Shown here piece after piece: positions 29,330 to 38,275 of a DNA stretch of 64,000 nucleotides; the stretch's first letter is position 1, and every line of letters begins with the position of its first letter. This DNA is from an uncultured Gemmatimonadales bacterium (GTDB lineage: Bacteria; Gemmatimonadota; Gemmatimonadetes; Longimicrobiales; RSA9). The position numbers and the translations under genes are program-made. The notes below the pieces were generated by a model that had not been told where the DNA came from, searched no databases, and saw only the letters and a program-made list of their open reading frames with translations. The stretch lies in the NCBI GenBank assembly GCA_963798085.1, contig CAWCRS010000001.1, positions 288,001 through 352,000 on the forward strand, read 5' to 3'.

Positions 29330-31840
29330 TCACTCCGCGCGCAGCGCCGTCAGCGGGTGCAGGCGGGCCGCGCGCAGGGCGGGCGGCATGCCGGCGGCAG
29401 ACGCCACAGCGAGCATGGCCAGGGCCGCCGCCGCAATCGCCAATACGTCGTTAGCGGAGACCCCGAACAGCAGACTGCTCACGATGGGTCCCGCCGCAAT
29501 GGCTGCCGGAACTCCCACCACCAGGCCCGCCAGCGCCAGCAGCGCAACCTGTCGCAGGATCAGCCACAACACCGACAGAGGCTGTGCGCCCAGCGCGATG
29601 CGCACACCGATCTCCGACGTGCGGCGCGAGACCGAGTACGCGGTCACGCCGTGCAGCCCGATGCTCGCCAGCAGCAGCGCGAACAGGCCGAAGGCGGCCA
29701 GCAGCTGTGTGAACACACGCTCCTTGCCCGTGGTCCGCGCCATCTGCTCGAGCTGTGTGCGAATCTGCACCACGGGCAGATCTCGGTTCGCGTCCGCCAC
29801 GGCCCGCCTGATCCCGGGCTCGATGCGCGCGAGCGGCGCGTCTGTCCGCAACACAATGTGGTGACCGCCGTAGCCGTCGCGCTGCAGCGCCGCGTCGTAC
29901 ATGGTCGGCCGGACCGCGGACCGTTGCCTGTCGTAGCGACTGTCGCTGACCACGCCGATGATCTGCACTTCGCGTTTCCCGACCCGCAGCACGCGGCCCA
30001 GCGGCGAGACGCCGCCGAACAGCTGTTGCACGGCAGTCTCGTTCAATGCCGCGACGGACGGGCGTTCGGGTGTGTCCTGGGGCCCGGGCATGCGCCCCGA
30101 CAACAGATGCATGCCCATGGTCTCGACGAAGTCCGGGCCCACCGCGTTCATGTAGAGGTCCTGCTCACGCCCGTCAATCGTGATGCTGGTGTTGGAGGTG
30201 AGCCCGCTCAGCAGCGCGTTCTCCACCAGCGTGGCCGAGCGCACGCCCGGAACCAGACGCAGGCGCTGCAGCAGGTCCGCGTACAGCGCGGGGTATTGCT
30301 CGTGCGGCCGGCCCGTGTATCCGGGATCCACCTGGAACATGACCAGGCCGCGTGGATCGAAGCCCAGGTCGACAGCGTTCAGGTTGGCGACCGTGCGCAG
30401 CAGCAGCGCCGCGCCCACGAGCAGCGGCACCGTCAGCGCGATCTGGAACGCGATGAGTGACCGGCCCAGCATCAGCTTCGGCCCGGCGCCGCCCATAACA
30501 CGGTGTTTGAGAAACGCTCCGGGGTCCACAGCGGCCAGGCGCAGCGCGGGCAGGAGCCCGAACAGCATCGTCGCCCCGCCGCAGAGTGCCGCACACAGCG
30601 CCACCACTCTGGCATCCACCGCGGGACGGAGCGCAATCGAGCCGAAGGCCGACGAACCCAGACCGTCAGTCAGCAGTGATGCAAGCGCGCCGCGCGTCCA
30701 GAACAGGATCAGGATCCCGCACAATGTACCGCACACGGCGAGCACGAAACCCTCCAGCAGCGTCTGCCGTATCAGTCGCGTCCGTCCGCTGCCCAGCGCC
30801 CGCCGCACCGCCATCTCACGCTCGCGTGCCACACCGCGCGCCAGCATCAGCGTGGCCAGATTCACGCACGCGATCAGCAGCACCGCGCCGACAACGCCCA
30901 TCAGGATCCACAGCTGACGGCTGGTGTCGGCGCCTACGGGCTGAGGTCCGCGCGCGCCCGGCGCCAGCAGCAGAACCGGCGGCGCGCTGGCCCCTGCGTT
31001 GGCCGGCGAAGGCGCAGAACGGAACGCAGCAGTCAGGTTGCGCATCGCAGCGGGCAGGGCGCCGTGGTCTGGAACCCGCGCCATTACGCGCAACCAGAAG
31101 ATGTCGTCTGCCGTCAGCAGCGACTCGCCGTGAAGGCTCCACTGCGCCTTGACGCGCGGTTGCGCCATCAGGGGAATCGTGATGTCCGTCAGCGCGAAGA
31201 AGCCGCCATGCGACAGCCCTTCGAAGCCCTTGCCCGTCACGCCCACGACTTCCGCCGGCACGCCGTTCACGCGGATCGTGCGACCCAGCACCGCGCGATC
31301 GCCGCCGAACGCTCGCATCCAGAATGAGTAGCCCAGCACCGCGGCCAGTGGCGCATTGACATCGTTGTCCGCTTCCGTCAACCCGCGGCCGAACGCCATG
31401 GGCGGCTGCAGCACCGTGAAGTAGCGACCATCCGCGAACGCGCCACCCGCCACCACCGCCGGCTGATCGCCCGCGGCCACACTGAGTGCGTTCACGAAAT
31501 TGAACGCGAACAGCTGCGCGCCCGGAGCCGCATCACGCATGGATCGATAGAGCGGGTAGCTGAAATTGCTGCGGTACGACTCGCCGCTCGCCGGATCGCG
31601 ATAGGAGCTGGATGCCACCTGGCTGATCTTCAGGTCGCCGGAACGCGCCCAGTACGCGATCACCAGCTGCTCCGGCCGCTGCACCGGCAGCGGATCCCGC
31701 AGCATGTTCGTGATCGTGCCGAATAACGCGCCGTTAGTCCCGATCCCGAGCGCCAGCGACAGCACCGCGACCAGCGTGAACCCCGGACTGCGCGCCAGTA
31801 CGCGCAACACGTACCGCAGATCCGTTACCAGGCCTGCCAT
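29330..31840 (-). CDS. ADOP-like ABC permease 2 (no N-terminal prefix)
   Basis: TDLRYVLR, LALGIGTNGALF, LLIACVNLATL, RRTSEIGVRIALGA, PLTALRAE; GAGGTG RBS. Confidence 0.92.
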   Translation of the reverse strand: MAGLVTDLRYVLRVLARSPGFTLVAVLSLALGIGTNGALFGTITNMLRDPLPVQRPEQLVIAYWARSGDLKISQVASSSYRDPASGESYRSNFSYPLYRSMRDAAPGAQLFAFNFVNALSVAAGDQPAVVAGGAFADGRYFTVLQPPMAFGRGLTEADNDVNAPLAAVLGYSFWMRAFGGDRAVLGRTIRVNGVPAEVVGVTGKGFEGLSHGGFFALTDITIPLMAQPRVKAQWSLHGESLLTADDIFWLRVMARVPDHGALPAAMRNLTAAFRSAPSPANAGASAPPVLLLAPGARGPQPVGADTSRQLWILMGVVGAVLLIACVNLATLMLARGVAREREMAVRRALGSGRTRLIRQTLLEGFVLAVCGTLCGILILFWTRGALASLLTDGLGSSAFGSIALRPAVDARVVALCAALCGGATMLFGLLPALRLAAVDPGAFLKHRVMGGAGPKLMLGRSLIAFQIALTVPLLVGAALLLRTVANLNAVDLGFDPRGLVMFQVDPGYTGRPHEQYPALYADLLQRLRLVPGVRSATLVENALLSGLTSNTSITIDGREQDLYMNAVGPDFVETMGMHLLSGRMPGPQDTPERPSVAALNETAVQQLFGGVSPLGRVLRVGKREVQIIGVVSDSRYDRQRSAVRPTMYDAALQRDGYGGHHIVLRTDAPLARIEPGIRRAVADANRDLPVVQIRTQLEQMARTTGKERVFTQLLAAFGLFALLLASIGLHGVTAYSVSRRTSEIGVRIALGAQPLSVLWLILRQVALLALAGLVVGVPAAIAAGPIVSSLLFGVSANDVLAIAAAALAMLAVASAAGMPPALRAARLHPLTALRAE

Positions 31841-31933
31841 GTTCACCTCGGTTGTGCGTTCCTCTCATTGGACATGGCGGTGAGCCCGAATGGTTGCCAC
31901 ACCGCCTCCGGGATGCATCCGCCGAGGCAGCCA

Positions 31934-32122
31934 TCGGACCGGCCTCTCCGTTCCCCTCGCGGCCGCCACGCCCATCGACATGATCCATGGCGGCCTCCCG
32001 GTCGAACCGTCCTGGCGTTCTTTTCTTGCGACCGCTACGGCTATCGACCTGACTCAAGGCAACCTCCTGTCGGACCGTCTTGGCGTTCTTTCCTTGCGGC
32101 GTCCACGGCTATCGATGTGACC
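31934..32122. repeat. Three 68-bp-period copies of the end of element A, decaying outward
   Basis: Units start at 31934 (TCGGACCGGCC..), 32002 (TCGAACCGTCCTGGCGTTCTT..) and 32070 (TCGGACCGTCTTGGCGTTCTT..); they share ACG..ATCGA..GA and GGC..CCTCC. Confidence 0.75.
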
Positions 32123-32212
32123 CGGCGCGACTGCAAAACGGGGCAGGAATGACGGCGTGAGTCATGACCCTGCGCATATGGCGCGCAATGCAAGAATGCC
32201 AAGACGGTCCGA
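32070..32212 (-). repeat. 143-bp palindromic element, copy A3 (inverted relative to A1/A2)
   Basis: TCGGACCGTCTTGGCGTTCTT ... AAAACGGGGCA (32135-32145) ... AAGAATGCCAAGACGGTCCGA. Confidence 0.9.
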
Positions 32213-32216
32213 ATAC

Positions 32217-32237
32217 TCCCCTTGCGTCGCGATGGGA
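32217..32237. promoter_or_regulatory. 21-bp palindrome, candidate class-I PadR operator
   Basis: TCCCCTTGCG-T-CGCGATGGGA (8/10 paired), 40 bp upstream of the PadR ATG. Confidence 0.5.
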
Positions 32238-32276
32238 AGAGGACCATCTTCTCCGCTGCAAACCACGGAGGCACAC

Positions 32277-32624
32277 ATGGACGATCTCGATGGCAAGCTG
32301 CTGCGCGGCACGCTCGAGCTGCTCATCCTGAAGTCGCTCAGCTGGGGCGCGCAGCACGGCTATGGCATTGCGGAATGGATCGAGGCGACGACGGGTGCGA
32401 CCGTGCTCGTCGGCGAGGGCACGCTCTATCCGGCGCTGCACCGTCTGGAGCGCAACGGACTGATCGAAGCGGAGTGGGGCATCTCGGACAACAACCGCAA
32501 GGCCAAGTTCTACACGCTGGCGCGGGCGGGCCGGAAGCGGCTGGAGTCAGGCACCACGTCGTGGCAGCGGTTCGTGGAGGCGACCGGCCGGGCGCTGCTC
32601 TCGACGCGGCCGAAGGCGGGCTGA
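32277..32624 (+). CDS. PadR-family regulator, acidobacterial type (class I here)
   Basis: LLRGTLELLILKSL, HGYGI, EGTLYPALHRLE, AEWGISDNNRKAKFY; TGATG coupling to the permease. Confidence 0.95.
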   Translation: MDDLDGKLLRGTLELLILKSLSWGAQHGYGIAEWIEATTGATVLVGEGTLYPALHRLERNGLIEAEWGISDNNRKAKFYTLARAGRKRLESGTTSWQRFVEATGRALLSTRPKAG

Positions 32625-35386
32625 TGCGGCCGCCGGGCTGGCGCCGTCTGCTGCGCCTGGATGTGGGCGCCCGACATGTGGAGCGCGAAGTGGATGATGA
32701 GCTGGCGTTTCACATCGAGATGCGCACGCGCAAGCTCGTGGCGAAGGGCATGGATGCCGCTTCCGCGCGGGCGGAAGCGATGCGGCAATTCGGCGACATC
32801 GCCGTGGTACGCAATGCGCTGCTGGGCCTCGAAGGCGGCCGGCAGCGCGGGGCCCGGCGGGCGCGTCGCTGGCGCGAGCTGAAGCAGGATCTCGGCTACG
32901 CGGTGCGCACGCTGCGGCGGCAACCCGTGTTTGCCGGAGTGCTGCTCGTCTCGCTGGCGCTGGGCATGGGTGCGAACACGGCTGTTTTCACGCTGGTCGA
33001 TGCCATCCTGCTGCGGCCGCTGCCCGTGCCGCATCCCGAACAGCTGGTCGCCATGGGCAATGTCGGGCGTGTGAACAGCCTGTCCACGGGAGGCCCGCGC
33101 ACCGATCTCCTGTCCGTACCGATCTATCGCGATGTGCAGGATGCGAGCCCTCTGCTGACCGGGCTGCTGGCGTCGGGCCGCACGGGCGGACTCGATGTCG
33201 TCATCGACAGCGGCAGCACGCCAGGGTCCGGGCGGGCGGAGCATCCGCGAGGTCGGCTGGTGTCGGGCAACTACTTCAGCGTGCTGGGCGTGTCCGCCCT
33301 TCTGGGTCGCACCTTCACGGTCGCGGATGATCGCGTGCCGGATGGATCGCCTGTCGTGGTGCTCAGTCAGGCCTGGTGGAAGGCGAGGTTTGGTGGCGAC
33401 CGCAGCGTGATCGGGCGCGTGCTCCGTGTCAACGGACGCGACTACACGATCATAGGCGTGGCAATGCCGGGTTATGGCGGCGAAATCGTGGGGCAGCCGA
33501 CTGACCTCTGGATTCCCTTGAGCATGCAGCCGGCAATCGAGCAGGGGTCGAACCGGCTCGAGGATCGCGCCTCCAGCTGGCTTCTGCTCATGGGCCGCAT
33601 GACGGAGCACGGCACGGTGGCGCAGGTGCGCACGAGCTTCCGCGCACTGATCACACGCTCGATCGATGCCCATGCTTCAGCGGCCGAGCTGGCGCCCGAA
33701 CGCGTGGCTGCGCGGGAGCCGCTGCGCGTGCAGCCGGGCGGGCGCGGCTTCTCCTGGGTGCGCGGCCACTACGCGCGGCCGCTGCTGACACTGATGGTGG
33801 CAGTGGCGCTGGTGCTGCTCGTGGTGTGTGCCAACGTCGCTAACCTGCTGTTCGCGCGCGGCGTTTCCCGCAGCCGCGAGCTGGGACTGCGGGTGGCGCT
33901 CGGCGCGGGCCGCGACCGGCTGCTGCGCCAGTTGCTCACCGAAACCGTGCTGCTGGCGGCTGCCGGCGGGGGGCTGGGCCTGCTAATGGCCTGGTGGGGC
34001 AGCACCGCGTTAGTCAGGCTTGCAGCACTGGGGCCGGCAGTGCTGGCGGAAGGCTGGCGCCTGGACTGGCGCATCTTCGGGTTCGCGGGCGGCCTCGCGC
34101 TGCTCACGGTGCTGCTCTGCGGACTGGCGCCGGCGTTGCGCGCCACGCGGGCGCAGCCTGCTGCGGTGCTGCGCGAGCAGGGTCGCGGCGTGACCGGCGG
34201 CGCCGCGCACTCGGCCGGCCGCTTCGCGATGGGCCGGGTGCTGGTCGGCGCTCAGGTGGCACTGTCGCTGATGCTGCTCGTCGGCACGAGCCTGCTGGTG
34301 CGGAGCATCCACAAACTGCAGTCACAGGATCCGGGGCTGGCGCAGGAGCAGCTGTTGCTCGTGGACGTGGACGTCGCGCCCACTGGTCTGCAGCACCCGG
34401 CACTGCAGGCGCTGGCCGTCTCAGTTGCCGACCATCTGCGCCAGATGCCGGGTGTTGCCGCCGCCACGTTCTCGGAGAACGGCATCTTCAGCGGCACGGA
34501 ATCCGCCACGAGTCTCACCGTTCCCGGATTTGTCGCGCGCACAATGGACGATACGGTCGTGAATTACGACCGTGTGGGTCCGGGCTACTTTCGCGCGATC
34601 GGCGCGCGACTGCTGCTCGGCCGGGATATCGAGGACAGCGACCGCGCGGGTGCGCCGGGTGCGGCCGTGATCAATCAGACAATGGCGAGGTTCTATTATC
34701 CGGGCGGCGCTGCGGCAGGCCAGCACATCACGGTGGACAGCGTCGACTACCAGATCGTCGGCGTCGTCGCGGATACGCGGGATCACACGCTGCGTGGCGA
34801 CGCGGTGCGCCGCCTGTATCTGCCGCTGGCGCAGTCGCGCGAGGGCATCGGGGAACTGCATTTCGAAGTGCGCGCCGCAGCTCCGCTCGAGGTCGCGCAT
34901 GCCGTTCGAGCCGCCGTTCTCGCGGTGCATCCACAGCTGCGCCTGCTGTCGATCGATCCGTTGACTCGCCTGATGCGCGACTCGATCGGTCAGGATCTGC
35001 TGCTCGCGAGGCTCGTCAGTTTCTTCGGGGTGCTGGCGCTCGTGCTCGCAGCGCTCGGCCTGTACGGCGTACTGAGCTACCTGACCGCACAGCGAACCAG
35101 CGAATTCGGACTGCGCATGGCGCTGGGCGCCGCGCCCCGCACCGTGAGTCGCATGGTGCTGGGTGAAGCGCTGCTGCTGGTGGCTGCCGGCGCCGCAGCC
35201 GGCCTGCCCATGTCGCTGGGCGTAGCGTGGCTCATGCGTAATCAGCTGTTTGGGGTATCGCCGGCCGATCCGGTGTCCGTGGGCATTGCGCTGCTCGTGC
35301 TGGCTGGCAGTGCGACCTGCGCGGGCTGGCTGCCCGCCGCACGCGCCGCACGCGTGGGCCCGCTCACTGCGCTGCGGTCGGACTGA
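32624..35386 (+). CDS. ADOP-like ABC permease 3 (class-I prefix)
   Basis: EVDDELAFHIEMR..GM..ARAEAMRQFGD prefix; QDLGYAVR; LALGMGANTAVF; CANVANL; RTSEFGLRMALGA. Confidence 0.93.
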   Translation: MRPPGWRRLLRLDVGARHVEREVDDELAFHIEMRTRKLVAKGMDAASARAEAMRQFGDIAVVRNALLGLEGGRQRGARRARRWRELKQDLGYAVRTLRRQPVFAGVLLVSLALGMGANTAVFTLVDAILLRPLPVPHPEQLVAMGNVGRVNSLSTGGPRTDLLSVPIYRDVQDASPLLTGLLASGRTGGLDVVIDSGSTPGSGRAEHPRGRLVSGNYFSVLGVSALLGRTFTVADDRVPDGSPVVVLSQAWWKARFGGDRSVIGRVLRVNGRDYTIIGVAMPGYGGEIVGQPTDLWIPLSMQPAIEQGSNRLEDRASSWLLLMGRMTEHGTVAQVRTSFRALITRSIDAHASAAELAPERVAAREPLRVQPGGRGFSWVRGHYARPLLTLMVAVALVLLVVCANVANLLFARGVSRSRELGLRVALGAGRDRLLRQLLTETVLLAAAGGGLGLLMAWWGSTALVRLAALGPAVLAEGWRLDWRIFGFAGGLALLTVLLCGLAPALRATRAQPAAVLREQGRGVTGGAAHSAGRFAMGRVLVGAQVALSLMLLVGTSLLVRSIHKLQSQDPGLAQEQLLLVDVDVAPTGLQHPALQALAVSVADHLRQMPGVAAATFSENGIFSGTESATSLTVPGFVARTMDDTVVNYDRVGPGYFRAIGARLLLGRDIEDSDRAGAPGAAVINQTMARFYYPGGAAAGQHITVDSVDYQIVGVVADTRDHTLRGDAVRRLYLPLAQSREGIGELHFEVRAAAPLEVAHAVRAAVLAVHPQLRLLSIDPLTRLMRDSIGQDLLLARLVSFFGVLALVLAALGLYGVLSYLTAQRTSEFGLRMALGAAPRTVSRMVLGEALLLVAAGAAAGLPMSLGVAWLMRNQLFGVSPADPVSVGIALLVLAGSATCAGWLPAARAARVGPLTALRSD

Positions 35387-35399
35387 TCCGCCGGCTGCG

Positions 35400-38105
35400 C
35401 TACTCCGCGCGCAGAACGATGCAGGGATCGACGCGTGCGGCGCGGCGCGCGGGCAGCAGTGCGGCGATCATGCCGATGCCCGGCAGCAGCGTCGCGACGG
35501 CAGCGTAGACCAGCGGGTCGCGTGGCGAAACGCGGAACAGCAGCTGCCGAATGGTGAGCGTGCCCATGGCGGCACCCGCGAGACCGAGCAGCACGCCCAG
35601 TGCCAGCATGCGGGAGGCATCGCGCAGCACCAGTCGCAGCAGTTCCGGCGCGCGCGCACCCAGCGCCATGCGCACACCCATCTCGTGGCGCCTCGCCGTC
35701 ACGTTGTACGCCATCACGCTGTACAGTCCGAGTGCGGCAACCACCAGCGCGAGCGCGCCGAACGCCAGGAAGAGCGTCGCGCCCAGGCGCCAGGGACGCA
35801 CCATGGGTTCCACCACCTGCGCCATCGAGCGAATGCCGGCATAGGGCAGCTGCGGGTCAATGCGCTGCACGATCGTTCGCACATTGTCAATGGCGGCATC
35901 ACTCCCGGCGACCGTGCGGATGAACAGCGCGCGCATGTCCGACGCGTCCTGCGACAGCGGCCGGAAGAACTGCGGCTCGGGAGCACTGGACACGCTGAGG
36001 CGCATCGCATTCCGGGCTACACCCACGACTTCGAAGCAGACACCGTCCGGTGCGTTCCTGAAGCATTTGCCGAGCGCGGATTGCCCTGGCCAGGCGACGC
36101 CGGCGAACGCTTCATCGACGATCGCTACCGGTGTCGTCCCGGTGCGGTCCGCGGCCGTGAACGAGCGCCCCTCGACAATGCGCGTGCCCATGGTCCGGAA
36201 ATAGCCGGTATCGACCTGTGTCACGTAGGGCCCGCCCGGCAGCGCGAGTGCGGAATCACGACCGGGCAGCCACAGGGTTACGGATGTGCTGCTCAGGAAC
36301 GGAATCGTGGCGGCGACGGACGTCGACACCACGCCGGGCAGCTGTTGCACCTGCGCCGCCGCCTGTTCGTACAGGTTCGACCATTCCTGCGGCGAGCGAT
36401 CCAGTGCCCGGCGATCCCATGTGAGCACAAGCACGTGATCGGCATCGAAGCCGAGGTCCACCGCGCGCACATTGCGCAGGCTGCGCACGAACAGGCCCGC
36501 GCCCACGAGCAGCATCACGCTCAGCGTCGCCTGCGCCACGACGAGAGCGCGGCGCAGCACATGTCGCCTGACATCACCTTCGTACGCGCCTGCCTTGAGT
36601 ATCGCGTGCAGGTCGGCGCGCTGGATCTGCCATGCGGGCACCACGCCGACCAGGATCGTGCAGAGCGCGAGCAGGCCGCCCATGAAGAGCAGGACGTGGC
36701 CGTCGACGGTCGCACCGGACCAGTCGACATCGGGCAGCATGAGTACGCGCACACTGCGCCCGATCCAGCCCGCCAGCCCGAGACCCAGCACACTGCCCGC
36801 GACGCACAGCAGCAGCGCTTCCGTCATCACCAGCGTGAGCAGACGACGCCTCGAGACCCCGAGCGCCACGCGGATTCCCAGCTCGCGGCTGCGGCGCAGT
36901 GCCTTCGCGAGCAGCAGATTCGCCACGTTGGCACACGCGATCAGCAGCACGATGATGGCCACCGCCAGCAGCACGAGCGACGTGGTGCTGGTCTGGTCTT
37001 CCGCGCCACCGCGCAGGATCTCCGGCACCTTCAGCGGATCAATGGAGACCAGCATGGCGTGATTCAGGGCGTTGTCGCCATAGCTCCGGTCCACATTGCG
37101 ACGCACGGTGGTCGCCTGCGCCATGGCCGCTGCCGCATCGGCCGGGTCGCGCAGCCTGGCCACGATGCTGAGCCAGCTCCAGCCGCGTGTCTGGTACCAG
37201 TCCGGCCCGCGCTCCGTCTGCGCGTACGCGCTCACGGGCACGATCAGATCCACGGGCTGCAGCTCCAGTCCGCGAAAGCCGCGCGGCGCCACGCCAATGA
37301 TGCGGTAGCGCTCCCGGCCGATGTCGATCGACTGCCCTAACACGCTGCCAGAGCCACCATACGCCCGGCGCCAGTAGCCGTAGGCGAGCACAGCGACGTG
37401 CTCGGCCCGGCCGGGCGAGTCTTCGGCCTCGGTGTAAAAGCGGCCGCGCAACGGTTGCACGCCCAATAGCGGAAAGAAGTTCGCCGTGGCCACCAGCATG
37501 CTGGCGTGCCGCGCCGTCTCGCCTCGCCCGATCGATGCGCCGGCAGTCGTGTAGGCGGCGACATTGTCCAGCTTCGTCACGCCCTCGCGCAGCGCCGCGT
37601 AATCGAAATAGGAATAGCCAATGACAACCACCGGCTCGGCCCGCTGCGGCAGCGCCAGCTGATGGTAGATGTGCACCACCTGCTGCGGATCGCGCACCTG
37701 CGGCGGCGGCCGCAGCAGCAGATGGTCGGCAATGCCGAACATCGCGGCATTCGCTCCCAGCGCCAGCGCCAGTGTCAGAACCACGGGAATCGCGAAACGT
37801 GGATCCTTGCGCACCGATCGCCACGCCGAGCGCAGATCCTGGCCCGCTGCGTCGTACCACGCCGCACGGCGCTCGCGGCGCACACGTCGCAGTTCCAGTG
37901 CCGACAACTCTGCCTGCGCCTCGGCGACGTTGCCGAACTCGCGTTCCGCCTGCGCCCGCGCTTCGCCCTCCGTCATGCCGGCCGCCTGCAGAGCCTGCGT
38001 ACGACTCTCAATGTGAAACGCGATCTCCTCCGCCACCACGCGCGGCGTTTCCGCCGCCGCTGCGGGCAGGCGCAACAGCCGTCGTACGCGTTTCGCTCGG
38101 CTCAT
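35400..38105 (-). CDS. ADOP-like ABC permease 4 (class-I prefix)
   Basis: VAEEIAFHIE..GM..ARAQAEREFGN; LALALGANAAMF; LIACANVANL; RRHEMGVRMALGA; GGAGG RBS. Confidence 0.93.
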   Translation of the reverse strand: MSRAKRVRRLLRLPAAAAETPRVVAEEIAFHIESRTQALQAAGMTEGEARAQAEREFGNVAEAQAELSALELRRVRRERRAAWYDAAGQDLRSAWRSVRKDPRFAIPVVLTLALALGANAAMFGIADHLLLRPPPQVRDPQQVVHIYHQLALPQRAEPVVVIGYSYFDYAALREGVTKLDNVAAYTTAGASIGRGETARHASMLVATANFFPLLGVQPLRGRFYTEAEDSPGRAEHVAVLAYGYWRRAYGGSGSVLGQSIDIGRERYRIIGVAPRGFRGLELQPVDLIVPVSAYAQTERGPDWYQTRGWSWLSIVARLRDPADAAAAMAQATTVRRNVDRSYGDNALNHAMLVSIDPLKVPEILRGGAEDQTSTTSLVLLAVAIIVLLIACANVANLLLAKALRRSRELGIRVALGVSRRRLLTLVMTEALLLCVAGSVLGLGLAGWIGRSVRVLMLPDVDWSGATVDGHVLLFMGGLLALCTILVGVVPAWQIQRADLHAILKAGAYEGDVRRHVLRRALVVAQATLSVMLLVGAGLFVRSLRNVRAVDLGFDADHVLVLTWDRRALDRSPQEWSNLYEQAAAQVQQLPGVVSTSVAATIPFLSSTSVTLWLPGRDSALALPGGPYVTQVDTGYFRTMGTRIVEGRSFTAADRTGTTPVAIVDEAFAGVAWPGQSALGKCFRNAPDGVCFEVVGVARNAMRLSVSSAPEPQFFRPLSQDASDMRALFIRTVAGSDAAIDNVRTIVQRIDPQLPYAGIRSMAQVVEPMVRPWRLGATLFLAFGALALVVAALGLYSVMAYNVTARRHEMGVRMALGARAPELLRLVLRDASRMLALGVLLGLAGAAMGTLTIRQLLFRVSPRDPLVYAAVATLLPGIGMIAALLPARRAARVDPCIVLRAE

Positions 38106-38128
38106 GCTGGCTCGGCCTCCGCGGTGCT

Positions 38129-38149
38129 TCACCGGAAACGTTCCGGGGA
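38129..38149. promoter_or_regulatory. 21-bp palindrome, candidate class-I PadR operator
   Basis: TCACCGGAAA-C-GTTCCGGGGA (8/10 paired), 24 bp upstream of the permease-4 ATG. Confidence 0.5.
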
Positions 38150-38227
38150 AGGAAGGATACGGTAATGCCGGTCGCGAGCGGGGGCAAGCGCCATGCCTGG
38201 CGCTGCCGCGAACCGATTCCGCGCGCC

Positions 38228-38261
38228 GAGCCGCGAAGGTACGGCCTGTCCTTCGCGGCTC
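38228..38261 (-). terminator. GC-rich hairpin after permease 5 (terminator/stabiliser; no clear U-tract)
   Basis: GAGCCGCGAAGG-N10-CCTTCGCGGCTC, perfect 12-bp stem. Confidence 0.5.
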
Positions 38262-38275
38262 CGCGTGGGGAACGA

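Noticed and set aside
31934..32122. CRISPR-like 68-bp periodicity
   Set aside because: The whole 68-bp unit is homologous between copies, so there is no repeat/unique-spacer structure.
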